From contig JBBSQN010000002.1 of assembly GCA_038257875.1 (NCBI GenBank), positions 20,276 through 84,275 on the forward strand: a stretch of DNA of 64,000 bases, written 5' to 3'. Both the position numbers and the translations under genes were made by a program. A model generated the notes under the pieces. That model was not told where the DNA came from. It ran no database searches and saw only the letters and a program-made list of their open reading frames with translations. Shown one piece after another: positions 31,252-39,712 of the stretch. The stretch's first letter is position 1; each line of letters opens with the position of its first letter. This stretch comes from Mycobacteriales bacterium (GTDB lineage: Bacteria; Actinomycetota; Actinomycetes; Mycobacteriales; Pseudonocardiaceae).

Positions 31252-31771
31252 TCAGCGGGGCCGTTGCTGGGGGTCGATCCAGGGGGGTGGGGTGAACTCG
31301 GGGAGCCCGTTGTGGAGATGGACCTGCCAGTCGGAGTGGTGGATCAGCCGGTGCTGGATCCGGCAGAGCATGGTGAGGTTGTCGAGCGCGGTCTCACCGC
31401 CGTGTTCTCAGACGATCAGGTGGTGGATCTCGCACCAGGACGGGGCGACCGCAGCCGGGATAGGCACACCCGAGGTCGCGGGCGATGACCGCACGGCGCA
31501 GCCCGTCGGGGATCGTGCGGGTGGCGCGGCCGACGTCGAGGGGCTGACCGGTGCCGTTCATGACGATGGGGACGACGGCTGCGTCGCAGGCCAGCATCCG
31601 CAGCGACTCCGGCGACAGGGTGCCGCCGAAGTCGAGCATCGCGGCCCGGGCCCGGTTCTCCAGGTCTTCGAGCTCGATGAGCACAGTGAGGTGCGGGCGG
31701 CGCCCACCGGTCTCGGGGACGATGCGGTCACTACGGAGTCGTTCACACCCATCGACTCTATGAGCAGGCAA
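31252..31771 (-). pseudogene. Remnant of a DUF222/HNH endonuclease gene (13E12-repeat-type)
   Basis: Only the C-terminal third is present (..LRRAVIARDLGCAYPGCGRP..). The HNH core continues in another frame as CEIHHLIV*EHGGETALDNLTMLCRIQHRLIHHSDWQVHLHNGLPEFTPPPWIDP with an internal stop. The large N-terminal DUF222 part is missing. Confidence 0.75.
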
Positions 31772-31801
31772 GTTGCGCCGACTCGGGGATCCTCCCCGAG
31801 T

Positions 31802-33325
31802 TCAACCCCGGACAGTCGTCCCCAGCCTTTCAGGGACAGGCGGCGGCTTACCCCGCCGGGAACTGCTGCCAGCCGGCTGTGCGCTGTCCAGCCGGCTGCG
31901 ATGCCGTATCAGCGCCTTGCGGGCGGCCTTGGCGATCGCCTTGGTCGGGTGATGGGAGCCGAGCGCGTCGAGCACGTCGGGCAGCCGTGGGTGGTCGATC
32001 CGCCAGATGCTGTCCAGGAACTCGCGTTGCTCGTCCTGCGGCTGGTTGTCGAAGAAGGCGACAGCCTCCGGTCCACCGGCGACGTCCAGCATCGCGGCGA
32101 GGGTGTCGATGAGGCCGGCAACGAGCCGGGCGGGGTCCACCGTGGCCGGATCGATCGCGTCCTTGCCGAGCAGCCAGTACAGCACCAGCCCGTCGTGCGG
32201 GCCGCCGAGCTGGGTCCGGAGCGCGGCGACGGCCGCGTCGCCGGCCAGCTCGTCGATCTGTCCGATGCCGGACATCACCGTGAAGGTGTCGCGGTGCTCG
32301 GCGGTGATCTCGGTGGCCAGCGCGACGATCGCCGCGGACGGGTCGGGTTGCGCGGCGAACCACACTGCCGCGTCGTGCGCCCACTCCTGCTCGTCGCTGG
32401 TGCCGATCAGGTCGACGATCGTGGCGGCGTCGGCAGTGTCGGGCTCCGACCGGACGTGCACCTCGACGCCGGTCCGCCGGGTCAGCTCGACCGTGACCGG
32501 CACCCCGGCCGCGGTGATCGCGGCACGCCCGACCCGGTGGTCCGGCAACCCGCAGTCTGCACACAGGATGTCGCTGAACGTGACCATCCCGAGCTGGGCG
32601 AGCCGGTCCAGATGCAGGCGCGTCCAGTCGGGGAGCATGGGACCCAGCAGCTCGTGGAGCCCGGGGAACGCTGCAGCCAGGATCCGGTTCGTGTGCTCGG
32701 CGAGAATGTCGATCTCCGCGCCGGTGTCGCCGAGCCTCACTAGCTGGGTGAGCAGCGCGACCGCGCACTGGTCGATGACGGCGTGCACCTGAGCCAGAAC
32801 GGGGAACATGAACGTCCTGTGCGGGCTTGTCAGGCCGGCGTCGATGGCGGTGAGCACCACCTTCTCGTGCGCTGCGCACTCGTCCAGCGCGGCGAAGCGG
32901 GCCACCGCGAGCAGCCTGCCCTGCTGTCGGCGGACGACACCGGCCTCCACCGCGAGGTTGACGAGCCGGTTCAGCTCGGGCAGGTCCTCGGCGGAGCGCA
33001 GGCTCCGGCGGCCGTCCATCGTCGGGTCGTCACCGGTTGCGAGGGTCTCGACGAGATGGCGGGCGTCGGTCAGCCGCAGGTTTCCCTTGGCCGTCAGCGC
33101 ACGCCCGGGTGGCGCGCAGTAGTCGGCGAGCGTGTGCAGCTGCCGCATCACCGGGGCATTCCGGATGGCGGCGAGCCGGTCGGCCTCGGCGGGCAGCCGG
33201 ACCGGGTCGATCGCCGGTGGCTCGGCGTCGTCGGCGGGCCGGCGACCCAGCACGAACTGCCCGCCCAGCTCGTCGCGACGCGCGACGTGGGGGTCCGTGG
33301 TCTCGGTGTCGAACGGGATTCGCAT
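31802..33325 (-). CDS. Hypothetical protein (507 aa), no recognisable catalytic motif
   Basis: Long ORF in the only frame with natural-looking composition in this interval. The sequence looks globular and non-repetitive. I cannot place its function. Confidence 0.6.
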   Translation of the reverse strand: MRIPFDTETTDPHVARRDELGGQFVLGRRPADDAEPPAIDPVRLPAEADRLAAIRNAPVMRQLHTLADYCAPPGRALTAKGNLRLTDARHLVETLATGDDPTMDGRRSLRSAEDLPELNRLVNLAVEAGVVRRQQGRLLAVARFAALDECAAHEKVVLTAIDAGLTSPHRTFMFPVLAQVHAVIDQCAVALLTQLVRLGDTGAEIDILAEHTNRILAAAFPGLHELLGPMLPDWTRLHLDRLAQLGMVTFSDILCADCGLPDHRVGRAAITAAGVPVTVELTRRTGVEVHVRSEPDTADAATIVDLIGTSDEQEWAHDAAVWFAAQPDPSAAIVALATEITAEHRDTFTVMSGIGQIDELAGDAAVAALRTQLGGPHDGLVLYWLLGKDAIDPATVDPARLVAGLIDTLAAMLDVAGGPEAVAFFDNQPQDEQREFLDSIWRIDHPRLPDVLDALGSHHPTKAIAKAARKALIRHRSRLDSAQPAGSSSRRGKPPPVPERLGTTVRG

Positions 33326-33407
33326 CGGGGAAGTGTGGCGAGCCGATGAGGTGGCCGCCGAGCCGGGGCCTGTCGGGCAGTGGGGCTATCGTGCCGCCGT
33401 GGATTCG

Positions 33408-33728
33408 ATGACACGTTCGGAGCTCGACCACCTGGTCGAGGAGGCCACGGTCGACTGCTACGACGACGCCGAGCAGCGCGCCGGCCTCTATACCATGATT
33501 GTCGATCATCTCGTCGTCCCGTTCGAGACGGTCGTGCTGGCCATGCCGGTCACCGTCACCGAGGTGGATATCGACCGCTGTGACCGGCTCGTGGCTCGGT
33601 GTGTGCGCGGCGCCGCAGAGCAGTGGATCTCGCTGCTGGATCTTCCGCTCCCGACGCCCCCACCCGCCGGAGCGGAGTGGATCGTGGCGTACCAGCACTG
33701 GTTGATGCTGGGTGGCTGTGGTGAGTGA
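33408..33728 (+). CDS. Hypothetical small protein (106 aa)
   Basis: In-frame ATG 33408. The sequence (..EEATVDCYDDAEQRAGLYTMIVDHLVVPFETVVLAMPVTVTEVD..LDLPLPTPPPAGAEWIVAYQHW) resembles a widespread uncharacterised family I recall but cannot name. Confidence 0.5.
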   Translation: MTRSELDHLVEEATVDCYDDAEQRAGLYTMIVDHLVVPFETVVLAMPVTVTEVDIDRCDRLVARCVRGAAEQWISLLDLPLPTPPPAGAEWIVAYQHWLMLGGCGE

Positions 33729-33835
33729 ATCCAGTACTTCGAGTTCGTGGCGGTCGACCGTGACGTGCTCCCTGATTCGATTGACCGGCGGGTGAGGCAG
33801 GATCTCGTCGCCGGTCAAGGGAGGGAGGTCGGGCG

Positions 33836-34252
33836 GTGTCGCTGAAGGTCAGCGAGGTGATCAAACTTGTCGAGGCCGATGGTTCGTACTTGGATCGTGT
33901 CACCGGTAGCCATCGCCAGTTCCGTCATGCTGTCAAGCCAGGCACGACCACGATCGCGGGCAAACCGAGCGACACGTTGCCACCGGGTACCGAGGAGCAT
34001 CCTGAGGCAGGCAGGCATTGGGCTGAGGCAGCGTTGACTGGGTACGCGGTGATCCTGGAGCGGGGTGATGACGGCGGATATGGGGCGTGGAGCCCTGACC
34101 TGCCGGGTTGCGTGGCCGTCAGCGACTCATACGACGAGTGCGTTCGTCTGATGCGTGAGGCGATCTCGTTGCACGTTGACAGCTTGCGCAGGCACGGGGA
34201 GCCGATCCCGCAGCCATCGACCGTCGGGGTCCTGACGATCGGAGCTGCGTGA
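33836..34252 (+). CDS. hicAB: HicA toxin / HicB antitoxin read as one in-frame fusion (apparent 1-nt insertion near the hicA 3' end)
   Basis: Residues 1-52 match HicA/YcfA (VSEVIKLVEADGSYLDRVTGSHRQFRHAVKPGTTTIAGKPSDTLPPGT). Residues about 68-138 match HicB (YAVILERGDDGGYGAWSPDLPGCVAVSDSYDECVRLMREAISLHV). Removing one C at 33990/33991 gives the canonical HicA tail GTRSILRQAGIGLRQR* (stop 34035-34037), overlapping a TTG start at 34034 for HicB. An RBS GGGAGGGAGG lies upstream of 33836. Confidence 0.8.
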   Translation: MSLKVSEVIKLVEADGSYLDRVTGSHRQFRHAVKPGTTTIAGKPSDTLPPGTEEHPEAGRHWAEAALTGYAVILERGDDGGYGAWSPDLPGCVAVSDSYDECVRLMREAISLHVDSLRRHGEPIPQPSTVGVLTIGAA

Positions 34253-34331
34253 GTCGCGAAATCGATTGCCTCCCGTGTCCACGTGCGGCTTGACCACTGC
34301 GACGAGGAGAGACGCGCCGCAGCGGACGGGC

Positions 34332-35513
34332 TCAGCGTGGCGACGTCACATATGGCGCGAGTCGTTCACTGAACACCACGGTGCGGGGCAGGCGCGGGCC
34401 CTTGTACCACCACGGCTTGTGGTGGCGGAGCAGCGCCTCCCCGTCGGCGGCCCACGAGAACCCCGGCCGGTGGGTCAGCCACCCGAACACCTGGTCGGCC
34501 TTGTCGTGGTCACGCTCAGCGAGGCGGACCAGCGGCACCGGGGTGACGGAGTCGTCGGTCAGGTACTTCTTGATGAGCCGACGGTACTTGCGCTCGCGGA
34601 TCAGGTGGGGGTTGGCGAAGACCTCCTCGGCCATCCGGTAGTCGGCGAACGCCCCCAGCCCGTCCTCCTCGTCGTAGATGAGCCCGATCGTCACGGCCCT
34701 CGGGGGCAGCTGGTCGAACATCGCCGACACCCAGTCGTCCGTCACCGGTGAGCCGCCGTACTCCCGCATCCGCGCCCTCAGCTCCGTCACCTCGAGCACG
34801 ACGGTGTCGGCGCCGAAGTGTTCGACGAACGCCGTTCGCTGGGTCTGCTGGATCTCCCATGCCCGGGCCAGCCGGTGGGGGTTGCGATACACCTGCGTGG
34901 GGTGCCGCATCGCGGTGTCGGCGGCGATCTTCAGCAGCTCCTCCCGGTCGTCGGCTGGGAGCATGGCGGACACGCCGCTGACCAGCCATTCGTCGTGCAC
35001 CGGCACGACGCGGGTGATGACGAAGCTCCCGGCTGGCGCCTGGTCGAAGACCTCCAATCTGACGTTGGCGCGAATCCGGTACTCGAGTTCGTCGATCAGG
35101 TTGACCGCAAGGAGCACCGGGCCTTCATGGCCGATCACCTCGAAGTGGCCCTGCACGACGTCGTGCCAGCCGAGCAGGAACTCCCGTTCGGGCTGTGACA
35201 GGTCGGTTCGCTCCTCCAGGAAGCAGTCGATCACTGTGCGGCCGTCGGGCAGGCGGTACTGCTGGACGAACCAGTCGAAGAAGTTATCGAGCTCCTCCGC
35301 TTCGGACGTCATCAGCGCGCCAAAGCGGCGTCGAAGCTGCTGTCTCAGCGCCTGCTCGAACCGGGGATCCGTCGCGAAGATGAGCAGCTCCCGCTTGAGG
35401 GTGCCACTGCGTTCGACCAGCTCGGCTATCCCCACGATCCTTGCCCCTTCGCGTTGGTGGTGTCGGCAGGCTAGCCGGGGCGGGGGGTGAGGCTGTGCCG
35501 TGGTCCACGGCAT
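34332..35513 (-). CDS. Hypothetical protein (up to 393 aa)
   Basis: Long ORF with natural composition and no motif I can assign. The true start may be the internal GTG (VGIAELVERS) near 35435. Confidence 0.6.
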   Translation of the reverse strand: MPWTTAQPHPPPRLACRHHQREGARIVGIAELVERSGTLKRELLIFATDPRFEQALRQQLRRRFGALMTSEAEELDNFFDWFVQQYRLPDGRTVIDCFLEERTDLSQPEREFLLGWHDVVQGHFEVIGHEGPVLLAVNLIDELEYRIRANVRLEVFDQAPAGSFVITRVVPVHDEWLVSGVSAMLPADDREELLKIAADTAMRHPTQVYRNPHRLARAWEIQQTQRTAFVEHFGADTVVLEVTELRARMREYGGSPVTDDWVSAMFDQLPPRAVTIGLIYDEEDGLGAFADYRMAEEVFANPHLIRERKYRRLIKKYLTDDSVTPVPLVRLAERDHDKADQVFGWLTHRPGFSWAADGEALLRHHKPWWYKGPRLPRTVVFSERLAPYVTSPR

Positions 35514-35525
35514 CGGGTGTCTATG

Positions 35526-35615
35526 GAGGCTTATTCAGGACGCGCGTACGGTTCAGCATCACCGCAGCTCAGACGTGGTGGAGCATGATCTACTTCTCGC
35601 CCGTGAATAAGCCTC
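35526..35615. repeat. AT-rich 12-bp perfect inverted repeat pair bounding a 90-bp segment (MITE-like or structured RNA candidate)
   Basis: GAGGCTTATTCA (35526-35537) and TGAATAAGCCTC (35604-35615), in an intergenic stretch whose GC content is locally lower. Confidence 0.3.
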
Positions 35616-35890
35616 ATGGTTGTTCGAAGGCCCGTGGACGCCCGAAACCGCGGGCCACTGGGGTCGTCTGGGCTACGCCGAGCCCTGCCGTACCGACCTT
35701 GGATCGCGCGCTGCCGGTGGTCTGCGACGTGTCCGCTTCCTGCCCATGATCGCCGATGGGGAGCGTTTCCCGGTCATATCTGACGGTTTGTGCGCCGAAA
35801 CGGTGATCATGGATCTGATCCGGGACAGCACTGCGGTGTCGGCGCCGATCCGGGCGGAGACTGTCGGTGCCTCGTGCCACTGTTGTGGAC

Positions 35891-36199
35891 ATGAGCAACT
35901 ACTTCGATCTGGACGACGAGCTCGACGGCTACCTGTCCTGGGATGACGACGACGAGCCAGCACCTCCCCTGAACCTCGATCCGGGGCAGCGGGAGGCCCT
36001 CGCGGCCGCCGTCACGGCGGGCCTGCAGGAACGCGGGTGCGACCACTCACTACGGGCCGCGCGTGAGTGGGCCGCCGGCGCGGGTGTGGCCTGGCCGGCG
36101 TTGCAGGTGGCGCTCGAGGGCAACGGCGGCTACTGCGACTGTGAGGTCCTACTCAACGTCTTACCGCCCGACGACCCCGAGCCGGACGGCCCCTGCTGA
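35891..36199 (+). CDS. DUF2695-like small protein
   Basis: ATG 35891. The C-terminal part (ERGCDHSLRAAREWAAGAGVAWPALQVALEGNGGYCDCEVLLNV) matches my memory of DUF2695. Confidence 0.6.
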   Translation: MSNYFDLDDELDGYLSWDDDDEPAPPLNLDPGQREALAAAVTAGLQERGCDHSLRAAREWAAGAGVAWPALQVALEGNGGYCDCEVLLNVLPPDDPEPDGPC

Positions 36200-37709
36200 A
36201 CGGATCCCTGACCTCGCACACCTTCTTGTGTCCTCGCGCATGTTGGACGCGCTGATCCAGTCGAAGACCCACTTCGAGACGCTGGTGTTGTTGCAGACCA
36301 CGATGAACACGGGCGGGGTGGCGCCGGTCAGCGCCTCCGCACTGGCCTCCCACTCCTCGAACCGGCGCTGGTAGGCGCCGTAGAGCGCGCGCAGCGCCGT
36401 CTCCAGGACGTCGGGGACCTGCGTCGGGTCCAACGGGGCCTGGCCGCGCCGGCCACCCTTGGGCAGCTCGTCGCGGATCTGGGACCACAGGTCGAGATAG
36501 GTGACGGTGCGCGAGACCTGGTTGTCATCCACCGGCATGCGCGGGATCTTCACGATGCCCGACTCGATCGCGTCGGTCAGCGAGAAGTCGCTGACCGCCC
36601 ACGGGAACAGCGTGCCCTCCTGGTAGCCGGAGCCGCGCAGGAAGAACGGGGTGGCGGACAGGTCGTAGACGGTCTTGACGCCGACCGCCTTCTTGATCGC
36701 CGCCACCCCGGAGAACCAGACGCGGGCCTGCTCGTTGCGCTCGGTGGCCTCCGTGCGGTCGGCGCCGGCCAGTTTCACCTCGTCCGCGCGTCCCCGGTAG
36801 CAGTGGTGCGCCTCGTCGTTGAACACGACGAGCTCCTGGCTGCCGCCGAGGTCGCGGAGCACCCGGGTGACGACCTGGGCATCGGTCTCGGTGAACGGGC
36901 TCGGCCCCCCGCCCGGGTTGAGCACGTCCTTCGTCAGCCGGCTCACACCCCGGGCCGCGGCGAGCTCGCGGGGCAGGAAGGTGTGGTAGTTGGTGATCGC
37001 GATCTGCGCCTGGCCGAGCCCGCCGCGCAGCTCGGGCGGCACGAGGTCGCGCAGCAGGAAGTAGTTGTCGGGGTCCGACGGCAGGAGCACCCGGAGCCGG
37101 TCGCGGATCGTCAGGCCGGGCGTGACGACGAGGAAGCGCTTGGTGTAGGTCTTGCTCTGCGGCGTGGCGATCTTGTTCAGTACCTGCCAGGCGATGAGCA
37201 TGGCCATCACGACCGTCTTGCCGGATCCGGTGGCCATCTTCAGCGCCACCCGGTTGAGCCCGTCGTTGTGCTGGGCGTTGAGGGTGTCGAGGTCGTTGCG
37301 GATCCAGACGTCACCGGTGCGCGGCGCCACCTCGGCGGCGAAGATCGCGGTCTCGGCAGCCTCGCGCTGGCAGAACAGCACCCGGTTGTCGCGCTCGGGG
37401 TCGGCCCAGTACTCCAGCAGTCGCCGTGTCGTCGGGGTGACGTTCGAGTAGCCGGCGTGGCGCCACCGTGTGACGTGCTCCCGGATTCGGTTGATCAACG
37501 GGTTGGGCTGGATCTGGTCGGCGGTCAGCTCGGTCAGCTCCAGCTGCTGCCCGCCCTTGCGCGACTGCGGGACCGGGACGAAGTACTGACGACGGGCGAC
37601 GGCTCGCCGCCACCTGGTCGGTGATGCCGTCGGCGTCGAACTCGAAGTGGCAGGTCGGCTCGTCGTAGGGGCGGTTCAGGATCGGGTTCTCGATCACCGT
37701 GTCCGCCAC
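36161..37709 (-). pseudogene. Type III restriction enzyme Res subunit (SF2 helicase), frameshifted and C-terminally truncated; no Mod gene nearby
   Basis: N-terminus MADTVIENPILNRPYDEPTCHFEFDADGITDQV...RRPSS (frame of ORF 37311..37709) continues as YFVPVPQSRKGGQQLELTELTADQIQPNPLINRIREHV in the frame of ORF 36161..37498; there is one extra nucleotide at about 37586. Helicase motif I MATGSGKT and motif II FNDEAHH are present. Motifs IV-VI and the nuclease domain are absent, and similarity stops near 36235. Confidence 0.8.
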
Positions 37710-37805
37710 CGGGCCCCCTCTCGATCGTCGACAGCCGTCACCCTAGCGGCGGGGCCAAGCGCCACAGGTACGCGCCGCCTTCCCATGACGACGAGTCGGA
37801 CTGGC

Positions 37806-37856
37806 GGATCCTGGAGCGGTGACGGTTCCTCCATGATGTACCCGGCATCCTGGTCA
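37806..37856. repeat. Repeat R1 (copy of the right half of R2)
   Basis: GGATCCTGGAGCGGTGACGGTTCCTCCATGATGTACCCGGCATCCTGGTCA matches 39629-39679 at 45 of 51 positions by my count, in the same orientation. Confidence 0.8.
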
Positions 37857-37984
37857 GCCGCGGGTCGGGGCAGTGGGTAGAGATGGCTGGACATACCGGA
37901 GGGGACTCCGCGCGGCATCGCACGTCGGTGCCGTGACCGTCGCGTGCCGGTGTCCGGTGTCGGCTGGGGTGGCCGGGACTGTCG

Positions 37985-38935
37985 GTGGTCACCCGTAGCG
38001 TCCGTGATGTGCCGTCGAGTCTGCATGAGGTGTTGATCGAGATGTTTCGGCAGCGTCCGTCGCTGGCCGCTGAGCTGCTGGCAGACGGGCTGGGAGTCCA
38101 GCTGCCGGGTTTCGAGCACGCTGAGGTGGAGTCCGGGGAGTTCACCGTGCTGACCCCGACGGAGTATCGGGCGGATGCGGTGGTGGTGTTGTCGGTCGCG
38201 GGGGTGGCGGTGTGGGCGGTGGTGGTCGAGGTCCAGCTGGGTCGGGATCCGGATAAGCGGTGGAGTTGGCCGGTCTACCTGGCCACGCTGCGTGGGCGGT
38301 TCCGCTGTCCGGCGGTGCTGTTGGTGGTCTGCGTCGATGCCGCGACGGCTGCCTGGTACGCCGCTCCGATCGAGTTGGGGCCCGGTGCGGTGGTGACGCC
38401 GATGGTGGTGGGTCCTGATCGGGTGCCGGTGGTGACCGACGTCGAGTACGCGGGTCGGGCTCCGGAGTTGGCGGTGCTCTCGGCCATCGCGCATGGGGGC
38501 GATCCGAACCGGAGCAAGGTGTTGGATGCGCTGCTGGCCGCGCTCGCGACGGTCGATCCTGATCGTGGTGGGCTGTACTGTGACCTGGTGTTGGCTGTGT
38601 TGCCGGAGGCTGCGCAGCGTTACTTGGAGGGGCTCATGGCCACGGGAACGTATGAGTACCGCAGTGACTTCGCACGTCGCTATTTCTTCGAGGGTAGGGA
38701 GGAAGGCGAGGCCGCAGGCAAGGCCGCGGGCAAGGCCGCGGGTAAGGAGGAAGGCATAGCGGAGGGCGAGGCCGCGGGTGAGGCTCGGGCGGTGCTGGCG
38801 GTGCTCGACGCCCGCGGGATCGACGTTCCCCCCGACACCCGCACCCGCATCGCCGAGTGTGCCGACCTCGACCAGCTCGACACCTGGGTGCGTCGCGCGG
38901 TCACCGCCGAGACCATCCACGACCTGTTTGACTAA
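37985..38935 (+). CDS. Rpn/YhgA-like PD-(D/E)XK putative recombination-promoting nuclease / transposase-like protein
   Basis: N-terminus SSLHEVLIEMFRQRPSLAAELL...TPTEYRADAVVVL...VVVEVQL. The C-terminal part has (EGxA/GKAA) repeats and ..RAVLAVLDARGIDVP...RIAECADLDQLDTWVRRAVTAETI.DLF, as I recall for this family. Confidence 0.6.
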   Translation: MVTRSVRDVPSSLHEVLIEMFRQRPSLAAELLADGLGVQLPGFEHAEVESGEFTVLTPTEYRADAVVVLSVAGVAVWAVVVEVQLGRDPDKRWSWPVYLATLRGRFRCPAVLLVVCVDAATAAWYAAPIELGPGAVVTPMVVGPDRVPVVTDVEYAGRAPELAVLSAIAHGGDPNRSKVLDALLAALATVDPDRGGLYCDLVLAVLPEAAQRYLEGLMATGTYEYRSDFARRYFFEGREEGEAAGKAAGKAAGKEEGIAEGEAAGEARAVLAVLDARGIDVPPDTRTRIAECADLDQLDTWVRRAVTAETIHDLFD

Positions 38936-38976
38936 CCCCTCGACCCGTCGGTGCTCTGCGAGTTCCGCCCCGAGCC

Positions 38977-39289
38977 GTGGAGCACGGTCTGGAGGCGTGG
39001 GTGCTGGGTCTGCTGCTGCCCACCCTCCAGACCGAGGGTCTGGTAGCGGCGGGTGGAGCTGGCCGGGGAGAGCGTGCGCGCCTGCTCGGAGGCCGTGGCG
39101 GTGGTCGCGCCAGAATGGCTGCCTGCGGTGATCGACCTACCGGACTGGGGACGTCGCTACGGCGCCTGCGTCGCCACCTGGCGGTTGCCGACCTCGCAGA
39201 CCAAGCGCACCAAGCTCGCGATGGCCTATGGCAACGACGTGCTGGTGCTGCTGCGCGCGGTCCACGTCACCGAGGCCCCAGTGTGGTGA
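38977..39289 (+). pseudogene. Internal fragment of an IS1182/IS5-like transposase gene
   Basis: APEWLPAVIDLPDWGRRYGACVATWRLPTSQTKRTKLAMAYGNDVLVLLRAV resembles the central region of IS1182-type transposases. The adjacent frame carries a degraded ..LQTEGLVAAGG.. piece. No DDE domain and no terminal repeats are present. Confidence 0.45.
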
Positions 39290-39609
39290 CCCGCTGGTTC
39301 TACGTCGAGCTGCACTGCCAGGGCGAACCCACCGAGGACCTCGACGTCATCATGATCGCGCTGGACGTCGAGCCGGGTGAGGCCGACGCCGATGTTGGTG
39401 CGGACCTGGAAGCTGGCACCGTCGAATTCTGTGTGTCGGTGCTGGCCGACAACCCTGGCGAAGCTTTGCACCGGGCGCAGGCGTTCGTTCGATCCGCGCT
39501 GCACGCGGCTGGCACCAGTACACCGGGGTGGGAACGGATCACCGAGCTCGTCGACCGCGGCGAAGCTGTCGCGACCGTCCGTCCTTCCGCGCTGCTTGTC
39601 AGCTCCTGA
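39286..39609 (+). CDS. Hypothetical small protein 'X' (about 107 aa)
   Basis: GTG 39283/39286 overlaps the preceding stop, and the composition looks natural (acidic). Its last codons and stop (GTC AGC TCC TGA) lie inside repeat R2. Confidence 0.35.
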   Translation: MTRWFYVELHCQGEPTEDLDVIMIALDVEPGEADADVGADLEAGTVEFCVSVLADNPGEALHRAQAFVRSALHAAGTSTPGWERITELVDRGEAVATVRPSALLVSS

Positions 39610-39679
39610 ACAGCGGCGCTCCCGGATACGATCCTGGTGCTGTGACGATTCCTCCATGATGTACCCGGCGTCTTGGTCA
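39598..39679. repeat. Repeat R2 (composite: left half matches R3, right half matches R1)
   Basis: Left half 39598-39629, GTCAGCTCCTGAACAGCGGCGCTCCCGGATAC, matches 43387-43418 at 30 of 32 positions. Right half 39630-39679 matches R1. The junction CCCGGATAC/GATCCTGG is itself an imperfect palindrome. Confidence 0.8.
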
Positions 39680-39712
39680 CCGTCACGGCCGGGGCCGTGG
39701 GCTGTTCGTGCC

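Noticed and set aside
38690-38790. Short tandem GGCAAGGCCGCG repeats, considered as a possible CRISPR-like or VNTR array
   Set aside because: They are in-frame low-complexity coding sequence (GKAAGKAAGK/EGEAAG) inside the Rpn-like gene. The units are 12-15 nt with no spacers, so this is not a CRISPR array.
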